Notes: generated by a model not told the origin, from the sequence alone. DNA of 64,000 nucleotides from a virus (IMGVR_UViG_3300005529_000004:25260-89259), one strand, 5' to 3'. Numbered from the stretch's first letter, positions 1 through 9,578 are shown. Program-made: numbers and translations.

Positions 1-392
1 CCGCGACAGCATCCGTCGCAGCCGTGGACGCCTTCGCCCTCGCGCCCGATCGAGGCGAGGTATTCCTGGTCATCCGGGTCTGGGTGACCGACGCCGTGCT
101 TGCAGATGCGCTCCACGATCCGCCGATCGCCGCGCCAGTGGGTCGGCCAGTCCTTCATGTGGTGGTCGCTCGGGTGGTGGACGACGCATCCGCGTCCCTC
201 GCACAGCTCAGGGTCGTGGACGTTCGTGATGACCTCGCCGGTGCCGGTCACCCAGACGCCAGCGAGCACCTCGTTGATCAGCGTCTCGACGTCGGACCGC
301 CGGATGTAGGAGTACCAGCCGCTCCTCCCGTAGCCATCCTCGTCCGCCTTCGCCAGCTCCGCGCGCAGCCGGAGCGCCGCCTGGATGCTCAT
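1..392 (-). CDS. Cys/His-rich phage hypothetical protein (runs off window edge)
   Basis: ATG at 392 overlaps upstream stop; reads MSIQAALRL...CVVHHPSDHHMKDWPTHWRGDRRIVERICKHGVGHPDPD, a motif I recognise from actinophage hypotheticals. Confidence 0.65.
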   Translation of the reverse strand, partial: MSIQAALRLRAELAKADEDGYGRSGWYSYIRRSDVETLINEVLAGVWVTGTGEVITNVHDPELCEGRGCVVHHPSDHHMKDWPTHWRGDRRIVERICKHGVGHPDPDDQEYLASIGREGEGVHGCDGCCR

Positions 393-718
393 GGCGTCTC
401 CTTCCGCAGGACTTCGATCATCACCGAGTCGGGCATTGCCATCACCGCGCAGTCCTTCGCATGTCCGGTCATCGCGAGCGCGCGCCCGAACGACTCCAGG
501 GCGTGTCGGATGTCCTCTTCGTCCAGATGCGCCTCCGAGAACTTGGCGATGACGATGTCGCCCGGCTGCAGCCGGAGAATCTCGACGCTCGGAAACTCGT
601 CCGGCACGATGCTGATGCGGACGTCCTCCGGGTTGAGGACCGCGCGGAACTCCGGGCAGCCGGAGTCGTGCCCGTCCAGGTCCGTGTTGCGGAAGTCCGA
701 ACAGGTGCAGTCGGTCAT
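389..718 (-). CDS. Hypothetical protein
   Basis: ATG at 718 coupled to the polA stop, with GGAGG RBS; MTDCTCSDF... Confidence 0.6.
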   Translation of the reverse strand: MTDCTCSDFRNTDLDGHDSGCPEFRAVLNPEDVRISIVPDEFPSVEILRLQPGDIVIAKFSEAHLDEEDIRHALESFGRALAMTGHAKDCAVMAMPDSVMIEVLRKETP

Positions 719-2586
719 GCCGCCTCCTTCTCCAGCCACGGCGCCGGGGCCGTGGGAATATATGCCGGGTAGTCGTCCCGGTAGTGCTCGCCCCAGCGCG
801 AGACGATGTCGCTGTCGATCTCCAGGGTCACGCCGGGCCAGTCGTCGCGGTCGGGCATGATCCGCTCCACGATGTCGCGGGCCGCAGCCGCGTGCTCGTT
901 CGGCACCTCGAAGATCAGCTCGTCGTGGACCGAGAGCCGGAAGAACTCGCCCAGCTCGCCGCAGAGCTGGACCATCTTCTTCTTCATCGTCACGGCGCAA
1001 CCGCCCTGGATGCGGTAGTTGACGCCGACGTACGCCTTCTGCAGCTCGACCGGCAGGCGCCTTCCGTCCTGGAGCCTAATCCAGCCCCACTTCCCATCGC
1101 CCGCACGATCGCGCACCTGCTGCGTGACGGCCTGCATGAACGTGGCGACGCCGGGATAGAGCTGGTCGTAGCTGGTCAGGAACTGCTGCGCCGCCTCGAC
1201 CGTGATCTTGGCGGTGGCCGCGAACTTCTCCAGCCCGGCGCCGTAGATCTTCGCGAAGCCTGCGTTCTTGCAGACGGTGCGCTGCGGCTTCGTGAAGCCC
1301 TCGCCGTAGAGCGCGAGCGCGGTGGCATCGTGAATGTCGCCGCCGCTGTTGAAGACGTCCAGCATCCGCTGCTCACGCGCCAGGCTTGCCAGCGCGCGCA
1401 TCTCCATCCCGCTGAAGTCCGCCATCACGAAGCAGTGGTCATCGTGCGGGATGATCGCGTCCCGGACGACCCGGCCGCGCGGGAGCTGCTGGAGCGGTGG
1501 ATTAGCGACGCTCATGCGCCCCGTGCGCGCCTCCACGGGCCTCGTGCTGGCGTGGATGATCCCGTGGACGGCTGCGCCCCGCCCGGCCTGCTCGCCGAAG
1601 CCGTAGGGGTTCACAGGGCCGAGCTTGTAGAGGTAGTTGTCGAGCAGCCGCCGCGCGGTGCGCCAGCGGCGGACGATGCCCGCGACCGGGTAGCCGTGCT
1701 CGGCCAGCATGTCGAGCACGTCCTTGTCCACCGACAGGTTGCCCTTCTCGGTGAAGACCGCCCAGACCGCTCCCTGGGCGTGAAGCATGTCGATGATCTG
1801 GCGGTCGCTCGCCGGATTCTCGGCGGGAATCTGCGCGCGCAGCACGGCCGCGTCCTGCTCCAGTTTCTCGATGCACTGCTGACGGTAGGTCTCGTCAATA
1901 AGCAGGCCCGCGATCTCGGCCTCGCGCAGGCAGTGGATGACGGCCATCTCCAGCTCGTAGGCTTCGCGGTAGGACGAGTGGACGGTGCCGAACACCTTGT
2001 CGGCCAGCATCGACGTCAGGCAGGTGTCGAGCGCGGAGTATGTCCAGTAGGCCGGGACGTCGGTCGGGACCGTCGCCCAGGTCCAGCCGTGCTGCTGCAT
2101 CGTCTGCCGGAGCAGGCCCTGCCCGATCTGCGCGCGACGGTCTACGTACATCGTGGCGAGGCCCTTCAGGTCCATCCGCGCGCTCGGGTCGAGCAAGTGG
2201 CCCATGACCATCGTGTCGTGTGCCAGGCGCTGCGGGATGTCGATTCCGTCCTGCTTCAGCATCCGCGAGTCGAAGAGGAGGTTGTGCGCGACCATCGGGC
2301 GGTCGTAGCCTTCGATTACTTCCTTGACGACGCCGCGCCAGTCCTTGTAGTCGATCGCCCAGCCGTGACGCGAATCGCCGAACTGCACCAGCCGGATGTA
2401 GTCGTGGCCGACGTTGAGGCCGGTGGTTTCAATGTCCACTGCGAGAAAGTCGCGCCGTTCGCCGAGCCACTGCTTGAGCGCATCGATGTCCTCCGATCGG
2501 TCGAGTCGGTGGAGCTGCAGGTCGCCCAGCCCGCCGCCTGCTGCGGGCCGGACGTCCTGCGCGTTGAGCTGCTGAGAGTCGTCCAC
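715..2586 (-). CDS. polA: DNA polymerase I (family A) with 3'-5' exonuclease
   Basis: Exo motifs AVDIETTG and HNLLFD; motif A DFSGMEMR, motif B RTVCKNAGFAKIYG (Phe at the 762-equivalent), motif C VHDELIFE; probable GTG start at 2586. Confidence 0.95.
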   Translation of the reverse strand: MDDSQQLNAQDVRPAAGGGLGDLQLHRLDRSEDIDALKQWLGERRDFLAVDIETTGLNVGHDYIRLVQFGDSRHGWAIDYKDWRGVVKEVIEGYDRPMVAHNLLFDSRMLKQDGIDIPQRLAHDTMVMGHLLDPSARMDLKGLATMYVDRRAQIGQGLLRQTMQQHGWTWATVPTDVPAYWTYSALDTCLTSMLADKVFGTVHSSYREAYELEMAVIHCLREAEIAGLLIDETYRQQCIEKLEQDAAVLRAQIPAENPASDRQIIDMLHAQGAVWAVFTEKGNLSVDKDVLDMLAEHGYPVAGIVRRWRTARRLLDNYLYKLGPVNPYGFGEQAGRGAAVHGIIHASTRPVEARTGRMSVANPPLQQLPRGRVVRDAIIPHDDHCFVMADFSGMEMRALASLAREQRMLDVFNSGGDIHDATALALYGEGFTKPQRTVCKNAGFAKIYGAGLEKFAATAKITVEAAQQFLTSYDQLYPGVATFMQAVTQQVRDRAGDGKWGWIRLQDGRRLPVELQKAYVGVNYRIQGGCAVTMKKKMVQLCGELGEFFRLSVHDELIFEVPNEHAAAARDIVERIMPDRDDWPGVTLEIDSDIVSRWGEHYRDDYPAYIPTAPAPWLEKEAA

Positions 2587-3326
2587 TACGAGGGCAGGTC
2601 GTGGCCCTTCAGCTTGAACATGACCCGGTGCCCACGGAAGTCGAACAGGTACGGGTCGGTCCGAGCGATGACTCCCTCGGGCACGGCGTTGCCGGTGCCC
2701 TCGGCGGCCGAGACGTCGCTGGTCAGCATCGACCGCACCAGCTCCTCCACCTCGGCGGTGGACGCATCGACCGCGAGCACGGGCGCCGTGTCGATGTCGA
2801 GCTGCGCCGCGACGGTCACGACGTCGTCCCAGGTCCTCCACAGAGGCTTGGAGTACTCGTCCCCGTTCGTGACCCGGAAGGTCGCGACGTCGAACGCGCG
2901 GAAGCTCTTGTGGCTGGCGTAGTCGCCTCCGCCCTTCTGGATGCCAGGTCCGTAGCCCTCGCCGAACACGATCATGGCCAGCTCGCCGATGCCCGATCCG
3001 TCTCCGTCGCCGGTGATGTCCGACAGACCGGAGGCGAGCTTGTTGGCCAGGCTGTCCTGCGACCAGTACGGGCTGCCGTCGTCTCCGAACGCGGAGTCCG
3101 CGAAGTCGCCCGGCAGGTTGGCCTTGTCGGTGCGGCCGCGAATGTCCACGTGCGGGTAGCCGTTGTCCCAGGTCAGGATCAGCCGGATGTTCATGCCGTC
3201 GATCTTCTCGGTCACGTGCCAGCGATCGACCTGCAGGAAGTCGGGCCGCTTCGCGACACCGACGACCAGCTTGTGCGTCTCGTCGTCGCGGACGTAGAGG
3301 TTCTCGATCGACGGGTAGCTGAGCAT
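2586..3326 (-). CDS. RNA ligase, Rnl2-like nucleotidyltransferase
   Basis: Motif I TEKIDGMN, then FGEGYGPGIQKGG, FRAFDV, EGVIAR, FKLK. Confidence 0.8.
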   Translation of the reverse strand: MLSYPSIENLYVRDDETHKLVVGVAKRPDFLQVDRWHVTEKIDGMNIRLILTWDNGYPHVDIRGRTDKANLPGDFADSAFGDDGSPYWSQDSLANKLASGLSDITGDGDGSGIGELAMIVFGEGYGPGIQKGGGDYASHKSFRAFDVATFRVTNGDEYSKPLWRTWDDVVTVAAQLDIDTAPVLAVDASTAEVEELVRSMLTSDVSAAEGTGNAVPEGVIARTDPYLFDFRGHRVMFKLKGHDLPS

Positions 3327-3445
3327 CAGCCCGCCTCCACCAGGATCGACACCACGCACGCCACGATGCCGAGGATGACTCCGGCGTTGCCGAAGCCGGT
3401 GAACGCGGCAACCGTGAACGGCACGAGGAAGATTGCAAACAGCAT
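3326..3445 (-). CDS. Small hydrophobic membrane protein
   Basis: MLFAIFLVPFTVAAFTGFGNAGVILGIVACVVSILVEAG; GGAGG RBS; coupled to the ligase start. Confidence 0.55.
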   Translation of the reverse strand: MLFAIFLVPFTVAAFTGFGNAGVILGIVACVVSILVEAG

Positions 3446-3514
3446 GTCCCACCTCCCCAACCTAGACTTTGAACTACCTCCCGCGCCGAACATTACCACG
3501 AGGGCAGGAAGAGC

Positions 3515-3538
3515 GGAAGCCCGCCGGAGCGGGCTTCC
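3515..3538 (-). terminator. Intrinsic terminator-like hairpin
   Basis: GGAAGCCCGC-cgga-GCGGGCTTCC perfect 10-bp stem downstream of the 3570 gene. Confidence 0.65.
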
Positions 3539-3569
3539 TTCGCCGATGGAGACCAGGCCACCGGAGAAT

Positions 3570-4715
3570 CTAGGTGAGGCCCATCTCCCGCTCGTAGCGG
3601 TCGAAGGCCATGTCGTCGGCGGTGGGCGCCTCGGCTGCGACCAGCCAGGCATTCTCCGCCTCGATCTCGCTGCGCTGCTGCTCTTCGGCGGCGCGGCAGT
3701 TCTCCTCGCCGTGGATCGGGCAGTCGAGCGCCTCGGCCGCAAACTGGTGCTCGGCCTGGTCGCAGGTGCAGCCGGTGCCGACCGGCGCGTCCAGCAGGTG
3801 CGCGTTGGTCGGACGGCTGAAGAATCCGAAGTGCTGGTCGTCGCGGCTGCGCTCGACCTTCGCGGTCATCGTGACCCGCTCGCCCCGGAATCCGTTGAGG
3901 CCGTCGCTGTTGCCCTTCGCCGCGAGCTGGCTCCAGAGTGCCTGCGCGATCGTGCCGTAGACCTTGTTGCCGTCGTCCTCGCGAACCAGCATCTTGAAGG
4001 TCTCGCCGTAGGTGCCGTGCGTCACCTTCGTGCTGACGATCTCGCCGGTGATCTCGCGGCGTCCCTCGGGGAGGGCCGGGGCGGTGGCGAGTGCAGCCTG
4101 CTCAGCGGCTCGGCGGGCGTCCCGCTCGGCCTGGCGCTGGATCGAGCGCCGGGCTGCGGCGACCTGGGCCTCGCTCAGCTCGCCCTTGCTCGCGAGCTGC
4201 TGCTTGAGGCTGGTCAGGAAGTCGGCCTCGCCGTAGCCGTTGTAGCGATCCTCGACCGCTTCGAGGAAGGCGACGACGTCCTCGTTAGCTGCGCGGAAGG
4301 CGTCGCGCCGGAGCTGCTTCTCCAGGGCCGCTGCCTCGCGAGCCGCGCGGTCCTTGATGAACTTGGCGCGGAAGGCGTCGCGGCCGTTCAGGTCGCAGCG
4401 CTCAGCGCAAATCTCGCCGAAGGCGAGGAAGTCGCCGGAAGGGATGTACTTGACGACCGCCACCCAGCGGATGCCGGGATGCCCGCAGTGGTTGCACTGG
4501 TGGATCGAGCGGTGATCGTCGGCGCCGGTGCGCCAGTTCGGGAAGTACTGCCAGACCCGATCCTCCCAGCGCTGAACCGCTTGCCGGTATAGCTCGGCGG
4601 CTTGTGCGGAGAGCGCGAAGGTCGGCGGCTCGGGGCGGCGGTTGTCGATGTAGTCAACGACCTCGTAGTCGGCCGGATCGAAGTCGGCCGGGCGATGAAC
4701 GTCGGTGCGGGGCAT
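3570..4715 (-). CDS. Phage protein with Zn-binding CxxC motifs and possible C-terminal OB-like domain
   Basis: AGGAGG RBS before ATG 4715; CNHCGH...ICAERC; beta-rich ITGEIVSTK...KMLVREDDGNKVYGT...FGFFSRP. Confidence 0.65.
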   Translation of the reverse strand: MPRTDVHRPADFDPADYEVVDYIDNRRPEPPTFALSAQAAELYRQAVQRWEDRVWQYFPNWRTGADDHRSIHQCNHCGHPGIRWVAVVKYIPSGDFLAFGEICAERCDLNGRDAFRAKFIKDRAAREAAALEKQLRRDAFRAANEDVVAFLEAVEDRYNGYGEADFLTSLKQQLASKGELSEAQVAAARRSIQRQAERDARRAAEQAALATAPALPEGRREITGEIVSTKVTHGTYGETFKMLVREDDGNKVYGTIAQALWSQLAAKGNSDGLNGFRGERVTMTAKVERSRDDQHFGFFSRPTNAHLLDAPVGTGCTCDQAEHQFAAEALDCPIHGEENCRAAEEQQRSEIEAENAWLVAAEAPTADDMAFDRYEREMGLT

Positions 4716-4719
4716 TCTG

Positions 4720-4805
4720 GCCTCCTGGTGGGTGGTGGTCTCCATACCCGGATTATCGCCGAAGGGGAGGACGGACCGCATCCCTCGAACGGGTAGTTCT
4801 TGAAC
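4720..4805 (-). promoter_or_regulatory. Conserved palindrome+promoter cassette, copy 1
   Basis: Reverse complement CAAGAACTACCCGTTCGAGGGATGCGG-N18-GATAAT...AGGAGG; 67 bp identical to 31100-31166. Confidence 0.85.
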
Positions 4806-4909
4806 TACGATCTGAGCGGAGGGACGGCGCCCGTTGCGGGCCGGAAGGAGGAGGTTGTCCGCACCGCTCGAAGCCGAAGCTCGTTGCGGGCGACGTCCTC
4901 GCTCCGCTC

Positions 4910-5707
4910 TCAAGTCTCGGACGAGCTTAGCAGCTCCCGGAGACGGCGCAATGCTTCCCGCTGCCACGCCTGCACGGTGGTCGTGCTCTTGCCCACGTGC
5001 GCGGCGATCTCGCCCAGGCTCAGCGGCGGCTGGCCGTCGAATCCGAAGCGCAGCCGGACGATCTCGCCCAGCTCCGGTGGAAGGTCGAGCAGGGCCGCGC
5101 GAAGATGCGTCGCGTCCCAGTGTCCCTCGCTCGGGTCGTCGGCGTGCGGGTCGGCGACCGTGTCCAGCAGGCTCTGGGAGTAGTCGTCATCGAGGTAGAC
5201 CTCGCGGTTGAGGCTCGTCACGACCTCGGCTGCTTCGAGCGCGCGCCGAATCTCCTCCGGCTCGGCGTCCAGGTCCTTCGCGAGCTGCTCGATCGTCTTG
5301 TGCGGCTCGGCTGCGAGCGCGCCGCGCGCCTTCGCGCGATGCTCGGCGACCTGGGGAGGCAGACGGATCGTGGCCGCGTTCGCCGACAGGCCGGTGAGAA
5401 TGTACTTGCGGACCCAGAGCGTGGCGTAGGTCGTGAAGCGGAAGCCCAGCTCCGGGTCAAACTTGCGCGTGGCGTGGTCGAGACCCAGCACGCCGTCCTG
5501 GACGATGTCCTCGTAGTCGCCGCGATGCCTGTAGCCGCGAGCGATGCTGAGCACGAGGCGCATATTGCACCGGATCAGCTCATGGCGCGCGCTCTCGTCT
5601 CCCCGCCCTGCTCGCCGCGCCAGGTCGCGCTCCTCCTTCGCGGTTAGCAGGCGGTGGTTGGCGGCGGAATCGAGGAACCGCTGGTGGCCCTCGTCCGTCG
5701 TTCTCAT
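4910..5707 (-). CDS. RNA polymerase sigma-70 family factor (regions 1.2, 2, 3, 4)
   Basis: LLTAKEERDLA; ELIRCNMRLVLSIARGY; DIVQDGVLGLDHATRKFDPELGFRFTTYATLWVR; region 4 IVRLRFGFDGQPPLSLGEIA. Confidence 0.93.
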   Translation of the reverse strand: MRTTDEGHQRFLDSAANHRLLTAKEERDLARRAGRGDESARHELIRCNMRLVLSIARGYRHRGDYEDIVQDGVLGLDHATRKFDPELGFRFTTYATLWVRKYILTGLSANAATIRLPPQVAEHRAKARGALAAEPHKTIEQLAKDLDAEPEEIRRALEAAEVVTSLNREVYLDDDYSQSLLDTVADPHADDPSEGHWDATHLRAALLDLPPELGEIVRLRFGFDGQPPLSLGEIAAHVGKSTTTVQAWQREALRRLRELLSSSET

Positions 5708-5731
5708 GTTAGGCGACAGGGTAGCACGAGA

Positions 5732-5754
5732 GAGGCCCGCTCATCGCGGGCCTC
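5732..5754 (-). terminator. Hairpin between HTH gene and sigma gene
   Basis: GAGGCCCGC-tcatc-GCGGGCCTC. Confidence 0.5.
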
Positions 5755-5781
5755 GCTCGGGGAATAACCGCCTTGTGCGGC

Positions 5782-6384
5782 TTAGCGCAGCTTGGCACGC
5801 TCCTCGGCGGTCAGCAACTCCAGCGCATCCTCGCGCCAGTCGTCCGTCTTCGGCACCGGCGGCAGCTCGCCCTCGCGCCGGAGCCGCTCGATCGCCCCGC
5901 AGACGCCGTGGTAGGTCCGCCCGAGCGCCTTCGCGATGATCTCAGCCGTGTGGCCCTCCTCGACCATCGTGACGATGAAGGTCAGGTCGTACTCGTCGTA
6001 GCGCTCGCCGCGATGCCGGGCGCGGGGAAGAGTCGCTGCCTGGGCCTTCTGCTCGAACTCGATCATCGCCCGCCGCTCAGCCTCGGTCGTGTAGCGGTGC
6101 CGGTACTCGTCGCGCCGCTGCGACATCGTGAGGCTGCAGTAGCGGTAGGCGTCCGCGACCGAGCAGTGGCGGTGACTGGCCAGGACGCCGGGCGAGCGGA
6201 CGATCCCGTGCGCCGCCCAGCGGTTGACCGTGTCGCGGTTGACCCCGAAGAGCTGCGCGAGCTGGACGCTCGGCAGGTAGGTGATCAACTCGCCCGTCTC
6301 CGGGTCGGGGATGCGGCGGATGACCATGCCGTGCTTGCGCCGGGCATCGTTCATCCGGCCGACCCGCTCGGCGACGGCGCTCAC
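5782..6384 (-). CDS. Double helix-turn-helix DNA-binding protein
   Basis: QLAQLFGVNRDTVNRWA (MerR/excisionase-like HTH) and TAEIIAKALGRTYHGV. Confidence 0.75.
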   Translation of the reverse strand: MSAVAERVGRMNDARRKHGMVIRRIPDPETGELITYLPSVQLAQLFGVNRDTVNRWAAHGIVRSPGVLASHRHCSVADAYRYCSLTMSQRRDEYRHRYTTEAERRAMIEFEQKAQAATLPRARHRGERYDEYDLTFIVTMVEEGHTAEIIAKALGRTYHGVCGAIERLRREGELPPVPKTDDWREDALELLTAEERAKLR

Positions 6385-6563
6385 TGGAGCTTCCCGAGCA
6401 GGTCGCTGTACTCCTCCTGCTCCTGCCGGGCCGCGCGACGCTCGGCGGCGGGCAAGTCCGCGTTCCGAAGCTCGGCGCCGGTGATGGCGATGGCGCGCTT
6501 GAGGCCCCGCACCAGAACCGTCTGGTCTGAGGCGCTCATCTTGACGTTGACGGATACGTCCAT
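6381..6563 (-). CDS. Small hypothetical protein
   Basis: AGGAGGAG RBS; coupled to the HTH gene. Confidence 0.6.
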   Translation of the reverse strand: MDVSVNVKMSASDQTVLVRGLKRAIAITGAELRNADLPAAERRAARQEQEEYSDLLGKLQ

Positions 6564-6613
6564 CTTCTCCTCCTGCTAGCCCGGTTCGTCCGGGTCGCGC
6601 TCACCGTACCACA

Positions 6614-6645
6614 AAATGACGCCTTTTGGCTCTTCTGCGTCATTT
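6614..6645. promoter_or_regulatory. Inverted repeat between divergent -10 boxes
   Basis: AAATGACGC-N14-GCGTCATTT flanked by TGgTACGGT (minus) and TAGAAT 6650-6655 (plus). Confidence 0.5.
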
Positions 6646-6780
6646 CGGCTAGAATCGGAGCAACGGCGGCGCTCAGTCGTCGGCCGCGATCCCGGTGGAA
6701 GGCCGTGGACGACTAGTCGAACGAGGGCCGCTGGGCCTGGAGGTGGGCATGCCGCCTCGCCACCCGGCGGCTCTCGCGGT

Positions 6781-7002
6781 TCACGGGAGCCAGCCTCCGT
6801 CCTCGGGATCGTTGCGGTGCGGAGCGGTGGCGATGAGCGCCCGATGTCTGCGGCGCGCGTCACGTCGCAGGTAGCGACGGGTCTCCAGGGCATTCCGCGC
6901 GTTTCTCCCTGCACGCCAGAGCCAACGTCGCACGAACCAGGCGGTGTCGATCAGCACGACGATCGCTGCGACATCCCAGAGGAGATGCTCGTAGGGCTGC
7001 AC
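6781..7002 (-). CDS. Small membrane protein
   Basis: One TM segment (LLWDVAAIVVLIDTAWFV); coupled to the primase stop. Confidence 0.55.
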   Translation of the reverse strand: MQPYEHLLWDVAAIVVLIDTAWFVRRWLWRAGRNARNALETRRYLRRDARRRHRALIATAPHRNDPEDGGWLP

Positions 7003-9578
7003 TAGATCGGCAGGTCGGGGTTGACGACGGCGTCGGCCTCGCCGGGAAGGTCGAGGCCCTCAATCAGGTGCGCGCGAACGGCCGTCGTGCTCATCGGCGG
7101 GCGGACCGGGTCGCCGCCGGAGACGACGAACCGCTCGCGGAAGTAGTCAAGCAGCGCGATCGAGCGTCCCGGCAGCTCGATGTCGGTCGAGCGCTCCGCC
7201 GCGCTGACGAGCGCGCGAGCGCGGACCCACGTGCCCTTGCCCTCGGTGTCGCGCCAGACCAGCGGGCGGTGGTTTGCGTCGGTCAGGGACAGACCCTCGA
7301 TCAGGGTGACGAGGTAGATGTTCTCCTCCGGCGCCGCGTCCTCGTCCGCGTCGAAGCAGGACAAGTCGCAGACCTCGGGGATATGCGGCGGCTTCTGCCC
7401 GTGAGCCACGAGGTCGCCGATGAACGCGCGCAGCGTCTCCCAGCCCGCTTCGAGGATCATGCGGTTGTATTCGGGGCGGCTTGCGGCCGTGAGGCGCATC
7501 GTCGGCAGCCCGTCCGGGTTGGTCGCCAGCCAGGAGTGGATGGCCGCGCCGATCTTCTGCAGCGGGACGTACTGGATCGAGGCGAGCGCCACCGGATTCT
7601 GCTCTCCGCGCGTCGGGTGGACCTGTACGATCCGCTCCCGTTCGCGGTCGAGCGCGAAGGTGTCCTCGCCTGCGACCATCGTCGGCGCGGTCAGCTCGTA
7701 GCGCACGGAGCTGAGGTCACTCTGGCCTCGCTCAGCAGTGCCGCGCGAGTAGAGCACCGGCACGAACCCCTGGAAGGCCTCGCGCGTGTCCTTGCGCGAG
7801 TGCCGCGTCCACTCGTCCACGAACACCGGCAGGCTGCGGGAGCTGGACAGGGCGCGGAGCAGCACGAACGGAGTCACCGTGCCCAGGTCCACTTCGATGC
7901 GCGATCCCGCTAGACGTGCGGTCATCCGGGCAAGCGTGCTCTTCCCCACGCCGGACGAGCCGCCGATGAACAGCATCGGGAAGTCGCGTGCCTCCGGGCG
8001 CCGCATCGCCGCCACGACCCAGGCCAGGAGCGGGTGGGTCACGCGGCTGGAGCTGAGCTGCAGGAATGTCTCCAGCCAGCCCCAGTCCGGGTTAGGCTCG
8101 GCGGGCAGGTAGACCTGGCCGGTCACGTCCGAGGTGTGCTGCGTCGGGGCGTAGCGCCAGGGAAGATCGCCGTCGTAGTGACGATTCGGGTAGACGATCG
8201 TCGGCCCGGCGTAGGAATACTCCTTCGGCGGCTCGTGCATCCCGACGCGCGTGGTCTGGAAGATCTCGGGCGTCACGTGGCCGCGCGCCTTGACCCACTC
8301 CGCGAGCAGCCGCCGGTCGAAGTCCGTGCCCGTGAAGAGAAGACGCTGTCCGTTGGCCCAGCGGTTAAGGGCCGCGACGGATGCCATGTCCGAGAGCCGC
8401 AGCACCGCATCGGTGACGACTCCGGCGTGCTCAAGGGTCACGTCGTAGCCGGGGTCGTCGCCTCCCGCGAGCTGCGCGACCGGCTCGACCGTCCAGTTCG
8501 TCACCTGCTCGGCATCGCCAGACTTGCGCGTGATCGCGTAGCCGTTCCGTTCCTTCGACACCAGCACCGGGTAGGGAAGCGGCCGGACGGCCGAACGCAG
8601 CAGGCGCGAGATGTCCGCGCGGGCTGAGCGCAGGTCCTTGCCGAGCGGCAGGATGCAGACGCGCACGTCCCAGGAGCTACCCGCCTGGCTGAAGAACTCC
8701 TCGATCCACCGCCGGGTCGCCTTCACGCCTTCCTCATCCGGGTCGAGGCCCAGGTAGATGTAGCGCGCGCCCCGGATGAAGTGAACCCAGCTCGCGTCGA
8801 TCGCCTGCTGTGCGCCAGACGGCAGACCATAGACGTCGATCGGCTCGTTCTGCTGCGCGGCCATGTACGCCGCGTACGCCGTGTCGGTCTCGCCCTCGGC
8901 GATGAAGATGCGCTGGGTCTGACGCGGTCGCCAGCTCCCGTAGAGGTTCGGGAAGGAGCTGCCGGAGATGGCGCCCTTCGTTCCATCCGCGTGTCGCTTG
9001 TGCGCGCCGGTCAACGTTCCGTCCGGTCCCCAGTGAGGAACGACGACGGTGCCGACCGGGTCGATGCCCCAGCCCCAGTTGTGGATCAGGTACTGGCCCC
9101 AGGCGGTGAGCACGCGCGGGTCGTCGCCGGGCGAGCCAAACCCGCCACGGACGGCCAGCACGATCGGAGCGCCGGGGTCCTCGCGGGCGCGCTGCTGGGC
9201 AATCGCCACCTCGCCCGCCAGGTCCTCGGGACGGGCGCGAACACGTCCCTGCACGGTCGGCTGGACGTAATCGGGCGGAAGCTCCAGCAGGAAGCGCCGA
9301 AGCGTGTCGAGGGCCTGACCGAAGTCCTGGTGCAGCTTCTCGCGGACGAGGCCGATGATGTCGAAGTCCTTGTCGCACGGCTTGCAGCCGATGCGCTGGC
9401 CGTCGTCTCCTTCCCAGACCTCCAGGCTCGGGCTGTGGTCGTCATGCCACGGGCAGAGCGCCCGCCCTCGATCGTCCAGCACGATCCCGAGCCGCGCGCA
9501 GACGTAGGCCATGCTGAGCGCCCGCTTCAGCTCCTGCGGTGTCGCCTCAAGGCCAGGAAAGGTCCCGCTCACTCCCAC
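7002..9578 (-). CDS. DNA primase-helicase (Zn finger + TOPRIM + P-loop ATPase)
   Basis: CPWHDDHSPS...CKPC; IFIAEGETD and DPDEEG; Walker A GSSGVGKS, Walker B VFVDEW. Confidence 0.88.
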   Translation of the reverse strand: MGVSGTFPGLEATPQELKRALSMAYVCARLGIVLDDRGRALCPWHDDHSPSLEVWEGDDGQRIGCKPCDKDFDIIGLVREKLHQDFGQALDTLRRFLLELPPDYVQPTVQGRVRARPEDLAGEVAIAQQRAREDPGAPIVLAVRGGFGSPGDDPRVLTAWGQYLIHNWGWGIDPVGTVVVPHWGPDGTLTGAHKRHADGTKGAISGSSFPNLYGSWRPRQTQRIFIAEGETDTAYAAYMAAQQNEPIDVYGLPSGAQQAIDASWVHFIRGARYIYLGLDPDEEGVKATRRWIEEFFSQAGSSWDVRVCILPLGKDLRSARADISRLLRSAVRPLPYPVLVSKERNGYAITRKSGDAEQVTNWTVEPVAQLAGGDDPGYDVTLEHAGVVTDAVLRLSDMASVAALNRWANGQRLLFTGTDFDRRLLAEWVKARGHVTPEIFQTTRVGMHEPPKEYSYAGPTIVYPNRHYDGDLPWRYAPTQHTSDVTGQVYLPAEPNPDWGWLETFLQLSSSRVTHPLLAWVVAAMRRPEARDFPMLFIGGSSGVGKSTLARMTARLAGSRIEVDLGTVTPFVLLRALSSSRSLPVFVDEWTRHSRKDTREAFQGFVPVLYSRGTAERGQSDLSSVRYELTAPTMVAGEDTFALDRERERIVQVHPTRGEQNPVALASIQYVPLQKIGAAIHSWLATNPDGLPTMRLTAASRPEYNRMILEAGWETLRAFIGDLVAHGQKPPHIPEVCDLSCFDADEDAAPEENIYLVTLIEGLSLTDANHRPLVWRDTEGKGTWVRARALVSAAERSTDIELPGRSIALLDYFRERFVVSGGDPVRPPMSTTAVRAHLIEGLDLPGEADAVVNPDLPI

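Noticed and set aside
2587-3438. 280-aa N-terminal extension of PolA in the ORF track
   Set aside because: Overlaps the RNA ligase in another frame and reads as Arg-rich off-frame sequence; real start is near 2586
784-4592. Long plus-strand ORFs (712 aa, 663 aa) and similar antisense ORFs across the window (e.g. 54856-57810, 58328-60331)
   Set aside because: Shadow ORFs opposite well-supported genes, expected from high GC3 codon bias; no motifs
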